In this document: positions 37,040 to 48,795 of the stretch, piece after piece
Numbering within the stretch: the first letter of the stretch is position 1
How the letters are laid out: each line of letters begins with the position of its first letter
NCBI GenBank assembly: GCA_040954595.2
Contig: CM082583.2
Coordinates: 1,622,925-1,686,924, forward strand
DNA: 64,000 nucleotides
Reading direction: 5' to 3'
DNA from: Balanoglossus misakiensis
Lineage: Eukaryota; Animalia; Hemichordata
Position numbers and translations under genes: made by a program
Notes under the pieces: generated by a model
Told to the model about the DNA's origin: nothing
What the model saw: only the letters and a program-made list of their open reading frames with translations
The model's database searches: none

Positions 37040-40000
37040 CACATAGCATTTTAGTGCAACTTATGAAAATCTGAAGAACCAAATGCCTAATTTACCCACT
37101 CTGCACAGATTTATTTCAATGGTACAGACTTGATGATTAGTATAGCGCCCTCTGTGGTAGTATTTGGGGGGGGGGTTAACCTAGCCTTTGTATGTTTATC
37201 CCTGTCCGGTTCCATTCCACTTGTATCTATGGTAACCTAATTATCAGCAGTAAAGGCCACAGCTTTGAAACAGTTTTAATATCAAGCACTCTGAATTACA
37301 CGGCCATTCTCATTGGTGCATATAGTGTAGTCACGTTGTATTTTACTGCAACTGGTGAAAGTCTCCTAAAAAACCAAATGTGTCTTTACCCACTGTGCAC
37401 AGAGTATTTGAATGATACTCAGTTGATGGTCATATAGTATAGCGCCCTCTGTGGTAGTATTTTGATTATGGAGGTGGGGTTAAATCTTGTCTTTGCATAT
37501 GTTTATCCCTGTCATGTTGCATTGGGCTTGTATCTATGGTAACCTAATTATCAGCAGTAAAGGCCACAACTATGAAATAGTTTTAATATCAAGCACTCTC
37601 TGAATTACATGGCCATTCTCATTGGTGTATATAGTGTAGTCACGTTGTATTTTACTTCAACTGATGAAAGTCTCCTAAAAAACCAAATGTGTCTTTACCC
37701 ACTGTGCACAGAGTATTTGAATGATACTCAGTTGATGGTCATATAGTATAGCGCCCTCTGTGGTAGTATTTTGATTATGGAGGTGGGGTTAAATCTTGTC
37801 TTTGCATATGTTTATCCCTGTCATGTTGCATTGGGCTTGTATCTATGGTAACCTAATTATCAGCAGTAAAGGCCACAACTATGAAACAGTTTTAATATCA
37901 AGCACTCTCTGAATTACATGGCCATTCTCATTGGTGTATATAGTGTAGTCACGTTGTATTTTACTACAACTGATGAAAGTCTCCTAAAAAACCAAATGTG
38001 TCTTTACCCACTGTGCACAGAGTATTTGAATGATACTCAGTTGATGGTCATATAGTATAGCGCCCTCTGTGGTAGTATTTTGATTATGGAGGTGGGGTTT
38101 AATCTTGTCTTTGCATATGTTTATCCCTGTCATGTTGCATTGGGCTTGTATCTATGGTAACCTAATTATCAGCAGTAAAGGCCACAACTATGAAACAGTT
38201 TTAATATCAAGCACTCTCTGAATTACATGGCCATTCTCATTGGTGTATATAGTGTAGTCACGTTGTATTTTACTGCAACTGATGAAAGTCTCCTAAAAAA
38301 ACAAATAAGTCTTTACCCACTGTGCACAGAGTGTTTGAATGATACTCAGTTGATGGTCATATAGTATAGCACCCTCTGTGGTAGTATTTTGGTCTCTCAG
38401 ATACTGTTCTCATGTGGTTTAAGTCATACCTTTCCAATCGTAGTCAGTGTGTACTTGTAAATTCCACCCAATCACCTTTCTATCGGCTCGACACTGGTGT
38501 ACCACAGGGATCAGTTCTTGGTCCCATACTTTTCAATATGTACCCGTCTCCATTTGGTGAATTAGTTCAAAGTCATGGTTGTCTTTATAGTTTTTATGCA
38601 GATGACTCTTCACTTTATATGTCTTTTAGTAAAGACAACGCAGCAAGAACTGTTTCAAATCTTGAACTTTGTATATCCGATGTTAGGTTTTGGATGTCTG
38701 AAAACTTCTTGTGCTTATACGATGATAAGACTGAATTTGTTATTTTCTTTGGTATTTCAGGTGATCTGTCTGCTAGAGGGATTTCAGAAATTCGTGTTGG
38801 CGATTCTCTGATTCCTGTCCATTGTCAGGCTAAGAGCCTTGGTGTGATCCTTGACTCTTGTCTGACAATGAAGCCACATATTGGACAGATCTGCCGCTCT
38901 GCCACTTTTCATTTACGTCGCATTGCGCTTATCCGCAAATATTTATCTCATTCTGCTACAGAGCAATTAGTTCATGCATTCATTACTTCTCGAATGGATT
39001 CATGTAATTCACTTTTATTTGGGCTCCCGAAGTATTCAATCAACCGTATCCAACGCGTTCAGAATATTGCTGCTAGAATTGTTACTCATTCAAAAATCAC
39101 CGGTCACATCACTCCAATTTTGTATCAGTTGCACTGGCTACCTGTTACACAGCGTATTGTTTTTAAGATGTTAGTTCTCATTTTTAAATCCATTCATAAA
39201 CTTGGTCCAATCTATCTTTCTAGCATGACTAATCTATATGTTCCGTGTCGCAATTTAAGGTCAGCTGATCAGTTCAAACTCTGCCTTGTTCGATCACGCA
39301 CCAAGAGTTATGGTGATCGTGCTTTTACTGTTGCTGCTCCAATTCTTTGGAATAATCTTCCACTCACCATTCGCCAGGCACCAGACTTATCTGTTTTTAA
39401 ATCAAATGTTAAAACTTTACTTTTTAAATCTGTTTTTTAGCCATTTGTTGTATTGTACTTTTGCTTTAAGCGTCATTGATCACATTTTTGTGGATACTGA
39501 CACTATACAAATAAATTATTATTATTATTATTATTTTGATTACAGAGGTGGGGTTTAATCTTGCCTTTGCATATGTTTATCCCTGTCCTGTTGCAGTGGG
39601 CTTGTATCTATGGTAACCTAATTATCAGCAGTAAAGGCCACAACTATGAAACAGTTTTAATATCAAGCACTCTCTGAATTACACGGCCATTCTCATTGGT
39701 GTATATAGTGTAGTCACGTTGTATTTTACTGCAACTGATGAAAGTCTCCTAAAAAAACAAATGTGTCTTTACCCACTGTGCACAGAGTATTTGAATGATA
39801 CTCAGTTGATGGTCATATAGTATAGCGCCCTCTGCGGTAGTATTTTGATTATGGAGGTGGGGTTTAATCTTGTCTTTGCATATGTTTATCCCTGTCCTGT
39901 TGCATTGGGCTTGTATCTATGGTAACCTAATTATCAGCAGTAAAGGCCACAACTATGATACAGTTTTAATATCAAGCACTCTCTGAATTACATGGCCATT

Positions 40001-40320
40001 CTCATTGGTGTATATAGTGTAGTCACGTTGTATTTTACTGCAACTGATGAAAGTCTCCTAAAAAAAACAAATGTGTATTTACCCACTGTGCACAGAGTAT
40101 TTGAATGATACTCAGTTGATGGTCATATAGTATAGCACCCTCTGTGGTAGTATTTGGATTATAGGGGAAGGGGTAACCTACCTTTTCTATACATGTATAT
40201 GGTTATCCCTCTTCTATTGCATTCCGCTTGTATCTATGGAAACCTAATTATCAGCAGTGAATGCCAAATTGTAAAACAGCAACATATTTATTATCAAACA
40301 CTGTATGGAATTGAATATAC
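37040..40320. repeat. ~309-bp tandem repeat, ~7 units, interrupted by an L2 insertion
   Basis: The marker AGC(G/A)CCCTCTG recurs at 37144, 37441, 37750, 38059, 38368, 39824 and 40134. Confidence 0.95.
38392..39531 (+). mobile_element. 5'-truncated L2/CR1-group LINE (RT C-terminal half, ORF 38412-39440)
   Basis: GVPQGSVLGP, FYADD, LHWLPV motifs. AATAAA followed by an (ATT)n tail. TSD TATTTTG at 38385-38391 and 39532-39538. Confidence 0.92.
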
Positions 40321-40423
40321 ACAATATGTTTTGTGTGTTTGCTGGCTACATACATGCATAAATACGTACATACATATATTACACTCATACTCAAACACAC
40401 AGCTAATGGACTCTTTTTTTCAT

Positions 40424-40497
40424 CATCCCCACCAGGAATCGAACCTGGATCTCTTATCACAAAGTGACAAGTGTGTTAACCATTACACCATGAGGAT
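40424..40497 (-). tRNA. tRNA-like element (tRNA-Gln-derived) with a non-canonical 19-nt anticodon arm
   Basis: A box TGGTGTAATGG, B box GGTTCGATTCC, paired acceptor, D and T stems. Confidence 0.55.
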
Positions 40498-41391
40498 TTT
40501 TTATCTCCACTAACTGCCAACACACTGTCCAATTGCACATTCACTCACTGACATATTCAACTAACACACCAGTTTCTTTATTTCAAAAAGTACACAGTAA
40601 AACATCACAAATGACAAGACAGGGGTATCAGGAATCACACAAATCATACTCAATGTTTTACTGAAGCCATTGCTGTAAGATTGCTGTAAGTAATGGCACT
40701 ATTCAATGGTGTTAACACCACATAGCACAATGATGTACTGCACACATTCAAGTCACATACCTTTTTGAAGTATTAATAAACACTGATTCTATGAACTGTT
40801 AAAATTATTTTTTCTTACATCATCCCTGAATACCAAATTTCAAACAAATTAGGCTAGTGCTTTCACATGTTAACACACAATGCATGGCACTGGACAATCA
40901 TCCTATCCGATCTGAAACCTCAGTGTCACTTACCACAAAACTAAACACGTTATCTACAAATGATTTACGAAACTAATTCGTACACGACACAATACACATT
41001 TGAGTGTGTTGATCTCTTAGTTTGTACATGATACTTTGCACAGATGTACACCAACACTCACCTTGAGAACTCTTTGGTAGCCAAAACTGTCAAGAAAATA
41101 AACAAAACTTTTAAATTAAATCATTAAGTATAATTGTGTATTTAAACAAGTACATCAAGATATACACTTGCCTGCATAACACACACCTCTCAATAGCCAT
41201 AATGTATCAATGTCGAGATGACATCACTCCAAGTACAAGATAGCGAATGATGATTTTTTTACAATAACCCCACTACTTAAACAGGACAACAAATTACAAT
41301 GAATTCACTATCAACCTTGTGATATTCAGAAAATCAATTCTTGGTCACATAAATTGTCCTGTCCACAAAATGGTTTCATGGCATCAAAATA

Positions 41392-42670
41392 TGCCTCGGC
41401 CACCCGATTGTTTATTGCTCAACTCGTACGAGTACGTGTAACTGCGTTCAAAATAACGCGAAAAAGGGAGGCGAAACCTTAAGAGTCATACAGATAAATG
41501 GATACTTCCCAACTCTTTGTCATAAAATCTACCATTTTACGTCTTGAATACAGTGCAGTCGATAGTCAGAACGTGCACTTCCGGGTGTTGCTTTACAGGG
41601 CGCCCGATTGGTCAATTTAAATAGGCAGAGAAAACGGAGCCATCACCATCGGGCGCGTGATTCAAATGTGATTGAATTTGACTGGGTACGACTTGGAAAT
41701 CGCCGTTTTTCCACTCGTTTGCAGGTCGATAGATGAAGTGAAGCCCAAATTAGGTCAGTGAGATAAATTTCAATGCCTATGGTGGCATAATTTAATCGCT
41801 CGCTGGTGAATGGGGTGATTTTTCAGGGCCTTGAAGGTGGCCCATGAGCCTAGATCCAGGGCATGTCGATTCCACCCTTGCCTGTATATAAGACGGTAGT
41901 GACATTCGGCGACCTAGGTCGTGTTTTCCACAATTATGGTTGGGTTTTTTTACAGTTATCTACAACATCGACAAACATAGCAAGAAATGACACATTGATT
42001 TTTTAAAAAAAAATTTTATTACCAATCTTAACAACAACAACAACAACAATAATAATAATAACAATAACACAATTACTAAGTTCCCTGTGGTTTGTATGCA
42101 TGTTTTGGCAAATTGTATATATGTTAAGATGGTGAAGTTTGCTTGAAGGAATAGAAACATCAGAGGCTGGGTACATCGGAGTTTCTATTTCATTCCATAC
42201 AAGTTGAAATTAAGCTTATTTTTGGAGGTACATATGATTATTTAGAAACGGTTTTAGGCAAGCGAATCTGCTGAATTCGGGCGATCGGTCTTGTATCGTG
42301 TGTATGAAACGTACAAGCAGTGGTAGGATATTATTTTGGGATGTGTACTTCAATAGTTTCCATGTCTCTTATATGTATTTGTCAAAAAATAAACAGTAGT
42401 AAAAATGGATTGTATTTTCCATTATTTTTTCTGTTAATATTGTATGTTTACATGACCAAAAGCCTTAAGGTTTTCATTGGAATTTATATCAGGGTAATCA
42501 ATTTAGCAAGAAATGACACATTGATTTAAAAAAAAAAAATTTTATTACCAATCTTAACAACAACAACAACAACAACAATAATAATAATAACAATAACAAA
42601 ATTACTAAGTTCCCTGTGTACAAACGAAACCCTTTCAGTATATAACCACAGGGAACTTAGTAATTTTGTT

Positions 42671-42703
<33 letters not shown>

Positions 42704-43342
42704 AAGATTGGTAATAAAATTAAAAAAAAAATCAATGTGTCATTTCTTGATATGTTTGTCGATGTTGTAGATAACTGTAAAAAAAAAACCCAACCATAAT
42801 CGTGGAAAACACGACCTAGGTCGCCGAATGTCACTACCGTCTTACATACAGGCAAGGGTGGAATCCACATGCCCTGGATCTAGGCTCATGGGCCACCTTC
42901 AAGGCCCTGAAAAATCACCCCATTCACCAGCGAGCGATTAAATTATGCCACCATAGGCATTGAAATTTATCTCACTGACCTAATTTGGGCTTCACTTCAT
43001 CTATCGACCTGCAAACGAGTGGAAAAACGGCGATTTCCAAGTCGTACCCAGTCAAATTCAATCACATTTGAATCACGCGCCCGATGGTGATGGCTCCATT
43101 TTCTCTGCCTATTTAAATTGACCAATCGGGCGCCCTGTAAAGCAACACCCGGAAGTGTACGTTCTGACTATCGACTGCACTGTATTCAAGACGTAAAATG
43201 GTAGATTTTATGACAAAGAGTTGGGAAGTATCCATTTATCTGTATGACTCTTAAGGTTTCGCCTCCTTTTTTTCGCGTTATTTTGAACGCAGTTACACGT
43301 ACTCGTACGAGTTGAGCAATAAACAATCGGGTGGCCGAGGCA
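41392..43342. repeat. Palindrome with ~700-bp near-identical arms (41392-42092 / 42644-43342)
   Basis: Direct reverse-complement match, including the (ACA/ATA)n tract. Extra partial copies at 42504-42618 and 43346-43825. Confidence 0.95.
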
Positions 43343-44699
43343 GCCTTTACAGGGCGCCCGATTGGTCAATTTAAATAGGCAGAGAAAATGGAGCCATCAC
43401 CATCGGGCGCGTGATTCAAATGTGATTGAATTTGACTGGGTACGACTTGGAAATCGCCGTTTTTCCACTCGTTTGCAGGTCGATAGATGAAGTGAAGCCC
43501 AAATTAGGTCAGTGAGATAAATTTCAATGCCTATGGTGGCATAATTTAATCGCTCGCTGGTGAATGGGGTGATTTTTCAGGGCCTTGAAGGTGGCCCATG
43601 AGCCTAGATCCAGGGCATGTGGATTCCACCCTTGCCTGTATGTAAGACGGTAGTGACATTCGGCGACCTAGGTCGTGTTTTCCACGATTATGGTTGGGTT
43701 TTTTTACAGTTATCTACAACATCGACAAACATAGCAAGAAATGACACATTGATTTTTTTTTAATTTTATTACCAATCTTAACAACAACAACAACAACAAC
43801 AACAAAATTACTAAGTTCCCTGTGATATAACGACAACCGCCATATTGGATGTCGCTCGACACGAAAATAAAAAAGCCTGACAAAACTGCCATCGCCTCAT
43901 ACACAATTAAAATCACACTACCATTGGATAAAACACAACTACATAACCAATACCATCAACTCTTACACGTTCAAACCACCGATTCTGTCATTTATACTCA
44001 TTTAAAAATAACCACGAGAATATACACATATCCCACTAACCTATATTCAGCTGCTGAACAACAAGAGCACTTGATTCGTTTTCGGATGTGACTACGTGCA
44101 ACAACATACGCATCACCATCACATTCGCGTTGGGATTCAAGACAGTTTCAATATCTCAAGAAGCAATACAACGAGAAGACCTTCTCGGGATTTTATGCAC
44201 ATCCTGTTGGATATCGCTGCCAAATGTCCACAGATGATAAAACATGATACCAGAATGTTGTATTGGGGACAACCATCAAATGTTCCCGTGCCAGCGCCCC
44301 CTATATTCTAGAAACCCTGGTATATCTCAAGAAACATTACCATTTTTAATTATTTTTAAAAGCAAAAGTAAGTTGTCATTTTATTTGTACAAATATTTCT
44401 CTATATTAAACAAGTATACATAAACACTAAAACATGTTTTGCCATGTTAACATAAATTTATGACCATTTTAAAATACTATATAGCTTATATTTATTAAAG
44501 TACAAATTCAGATGTTTTTCATTTTTAACCATTTCCACAATCAAAATGAAAAAAAAATCGCATTAATAGTAGATTGGGTTATATTGGATATCATTATGTA
44601 AAACTGAAGAGTCATTATGGCATGGAAACTACTGAGATATGTGGTAGAAAACCAAAATGCCCAACAAATATACACAGTGTGTGTTGTGTGTTAGATAGG

Positions 44700-44949
44700 T
44701 ACATACATACATACATACATACATACATACATACATACATACATACATACATACATACATACATACATACATACATACATACATACATACATACATACAT
44801 GCATGCATGCATGCATGCATGCATGCATGCATGCATGCATGCATGCATGCATGCATACATACATACATACATACATACATACATACATACATACATACAT
44901 ACATACATACATACATACATACATACATACATACATACATACATGCATG
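44700..44949 (+). repeat. Compound microsatellite (TACA)n(TGCA)n(TACA)n
   Basis: Seen directly. An inverted counterpart with the same flank lies at 46820-47038. Confidence 0.98.
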
Positions 44950-46204
44950 CGCCCTGTATTGACCAAATACCGTCGTGCAAGCTCATGTACAAGCTATTTC
45001 TTTATGCCTGAACAAAAATTGACCAAATTCTACTGTTTATTATGATTCATTCTTCGAAACAATTCATCTTCTTGCCATATTTTATTTGTTCATATAACAC
45101 ATTTTGAAGAAAAGTTGTACAAAGACTACAATATACTAATGGGCTATATTCTCAAAACAGATATATTACCACAAATACTACTAGGGATTGTGTAGTGGTT
45201 TCTTTCTCACTATAAGACATATGATATCTGATATCAACCATACAAACAATATCAATCTTCTTACACACATACATACATTCATACTTACACAAAAAGCATA
45301 AAACTCCAATTTATTTTATATAGCCTTATATTAATTTATTTCAATTGTGAAAATAGACACACATACAAAAAAGAACAGAAAAAACAATCACAGTATCTGG
45401 TTTATGAAATAAAAAAGACCAAACAAGCAATTGCTTCCGAAATAACATATTCCACATTCTGTCACAAATTGAGCAAATTCCAGTAAAATCAACCCCAAGG
45501 ACCTACACACTAAATTTCAAAGTAATTGTACAAAGAATTTAACTAAACACAACTAAAATTGATCAAAAATTACACATTTCACCACAATTTACATAAACTC
45601 TACCAACTTCACCCTAGGAACCTGCATACTAAATTTCAAAGTAATTGGCCCCGTGGTTTCAGTAAAGAAAAGTGACAGACAGTGACACCACTCACCCAAT
45701 AAGACAATCACCCAATCTAATAAGCTCAACATAACTGACAACACAGCTAAACAGTTCACCGACAATATAAATACAATTGTGTACATTTCACAAATGACAA
45801 TATTAGCCTTTTAGTCACCTCTGACTCTAATGTAAAGTACATTATGGTAACTGTTCATTGAAATGTTTCTGGGAAATGTTTACTAAGGCTATTTAATATC
45901 TTCTAGTTTTTTTTATAACACATGGTTTCTCTTGCAATTCCTCTTTCAGTAAACAGGATAAACTTTCTACACCATTACACTTATATGCTACTGCCAAATG
46001 GAAGTAATCTAATCCTGTAGTAGCTATAAAGCAGCATTGTCAGGGCCCAAGCAACATGATGAAAAAAGGTGAAAGCACACGTTATAGTTACTCAAACTTT
46101 TACCAGAAAATTTTGATAGATCATATTGGTTCACGTCCAAGCAAATCGGACTTCTAACCATATTGGTTAGCTTACAATTTGATAAGTATATAAATTAAAG
46201 GGAC

Positions 46205-46335
46205 CCTTTTCCATTAATTATGTTTGATGCAAGACACCATTTATGTTAATGTACATGTGGATATATAGTGAATCAACATTCAACAACACACACTGCTTGT
46301 AGACACGAGGTGAAAAATCTTGCCAAAATGAATAA
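46205..46335 (+). repeat. ~130-bp dispersed repeat, also at ~57722-57860 and ~60036-60130
   Basis: TTTTCCATTAATTATGTTTGAT...TACATGTGGATATATAGTGAATCAAC in all three copies. Confidence 0.8.
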
Positions 46336-46712
46336 TTGGTATTTACCATTTATTCATTTTGGGCGAGTTTTTACTGTCATATCCTACAAACGGGATGGAA
46401 GCTGTGTGTGGTCGAACGTTGATTCACTATATATCCACATTAACAGTCTCTTGTATCACACATAATTATTAAAAAAGGGCAGCAAAGAGACTTTCTGACT
46501 TTAATAAGCTAATAAAAGTGTTAGACTGCATTGGCTGCTCTATAATACCATATAGCAATGCAGTAACTCCTGTGGATCCCAATTTCTGACTCTCTGTTAT
46601 TTCTCACATGCATTTGTGAATTTTTATTGAAATAAAAAAACTGGTGTGTTGAATATGTCAGTGAGTGAATGTGCAATTGGACAGTGTGTTGGCAGTTAGT
46701 GGAGATAAAACA

Positions 46713-46786
46713 ATCCTCATGGTGTAATGGTTAACACACTTGTCACTTTGTGATAAGGGATCCTGGTTCGATTCCTGGTGAGGATG
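46713..46786 (+). tRNA. Second copy of the tRNA-like element
   Basis: ATCCTCA/TGAGGAT acceptor stem, A and B boxes. Three substitutions relative to the 40424-40497 copy. Confidence 0.55.
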
Positions 46787-46819
46787 ATAAAAAAGGAGTC
46801 CATTTGCTGTGTGTTTTCC

Positions 46820-47004
46820 ATGTATGTATGTATGTATGTATGTATGTATGTATGTATGTATGTATGTATGTATGTATGTATGTATGTATGTATGCATGTA
46901 TGCATGCATGCATGCATGCATGCATGTATGTATGTATGTATGTATGTATGTATGTATGTATGTATGTATGTATGTATGTATGTATGTATGTATGTATGTA
47001 TGTA
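46820..47004 (+). repeat. Compound microsatellite (ATGT)n(ATGC)n
   Basis: Seen directly. Confidence 0.98.
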
Positions 47005-48795
47005 CCTATCTAACACACAACACACACTGTGTATATTTAATTCCACAATGCTTGATACTAAAACTGTCCACAAAAAAACATTTGTTTATAACCCCTAAGT
47101 GCTTGTCTTCCACACTTACCTTCTCTTGGCATTTTTTTCCACAGATGATGCCATACTGCTCGTCTCTTCATCCTGGTCTCTTGCGCTCCCCTTTTTACTC
47201 TCCCTGAATGCTGACAACACGTACCGTCTCATTGTTCAGTGGATATGCCTTGCTGTCATCTGCATCTGCTCCCTCAGTACCCCCTTCTCCCTGGCACAAT
47301 CATCCAAATACTATCGCAGAGGGCGCTATACTATATGACGATCAACACAATATCATTCAGATAATCTTTGCACAGTGGGTAAATTAAGCATTTGGTTTTT
47401 CACGAGACTTTCATCAGTTGTACTAAAATGAAATGTGTCTACACTATACAAATGACAATGGCCTTCTAATTCAGAGACGTTGGGAAGGACTAGTGAGCAC
47501 ATACAGCAAATCAGAAGGCCCAAAATGGCAAAGTTGCATGATTACTAATGGGAAACAAAGAATACACAGGGTATATTTAATTCCACAGAGTGCTTGATAC
47601 TAAAATTATTGCTGTTTTACAATTGTGGCATTTACTGCTGATAATAAGGTTACCATAGATACAATTGGAATGGAACCGGACAGGGATAAACATATAAAGG
47701 CTAGGTTAACCCCCCACCCCCTACCACAGAGGGCGCTATACCGATCATCAAGTCAGTACCATTGAAATAAATCTGTGCAGAGCGGGTAAAGTAGGCATTT
47801 GGTTCTTCAGATTTTCATAAGTTGCACTAAAATGCTATGTGGCCCACTACAAGGACAAATAAGTCAAAAATGGCAAATTTGATATTTACTTTGAGGTTGA
47901 CATGGGGCAAAGGAGACAATACAAGAACACTGAAACTCAATTAGTGAAACACTAAAGTTGTACATGTACTTTATTTCTCTAACAAACTTAGAGAAAATTT
48001 ACATGGCCATCTTTTTACTCAGAGAACTGATGTTGAAAAGAAAACAATGTTACATCATAAAATTGAAATCCTACATGTCACTAATTTCTGATTTTCACAA
48101 ATGTTCATAAAAAAAACCTGTTCTCTGCAAACCTTACCCCCCTCCTATTGTCGGTGCTTCTAATGTAACTCTCAATTTTTCCCTAAGGTGTTAAAAGAAC
48201 CAAATGGTGATGATATGGTAGAAGGGATATTTGAGGGAATAGACATAGATGAGTAAGTATTAACTGCAGTACTTGCTTCCACCAATTTCCTATCATTTTG
48301 TGTACATGTTCACGTCTCTGTGTCTTACCAATCACATTCTGTCCTTTTTATTTTTTTCTAGAAGTGGCATCTTCTGTGTCAGACGGCAAATACTTACAGT
48401 GTCCCACCTTATGCCAGACCTTGGGTACAGAGGAGGCCATATTAGAAAACCTGCCAATGCATGTACACTACTCTATCAATCAAGAAATGCAACAGTCACA
48501 AAGATTGAGTAAGTTAACTAAACCAAAGCAATCTCCACCCTGCAACTTCCCCAGCACTTACTATCTGCATGCAAGTTGTGAACTTTTAATTTAGTATTCA
48601 TTACAGAAACATTTCAGTCCTACAATTCACATGCATCTTATTTTCGTCAACACCAACTTATACAAAATATGATTTAACCATCTTGTTCTCATTTCTCTCC
48701 AATGTACAGAAAGCAGTAGCCTGGATGGATTTACAGAGAGAGAGGCTAGTACACGGCACTCATGTGGACATGCACTACCACATATCATATCTCAA

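Noticed and set aside
37040-40320. CRISPR-like array
   Set aside because: The units are 309-bp head-to-tail repeats without unique spacers, in a eukaryotic context with no cas genes.
41960-43916. Poly-Leu/Thr/Val signal-peptide-like ORFs
   Set aside because: They arise from (ACA/TTG)n tracts in the palindrome.
46713-46786. Functional tRNA-His (GTG), tRNA-Lys (TTT) or tRNA-Gln (TTG)
   Set aside because: The anticodon arm is 19 nt with no canonical 7-nt loop containing U33, so no anticodon can be assigned. No Pol III terminator follows directly.
44574-47207. HTYI/MYVC-repeat ORFs
   Set aside because: They are translations of (TACA)n/(TGCA)n microsatellites.
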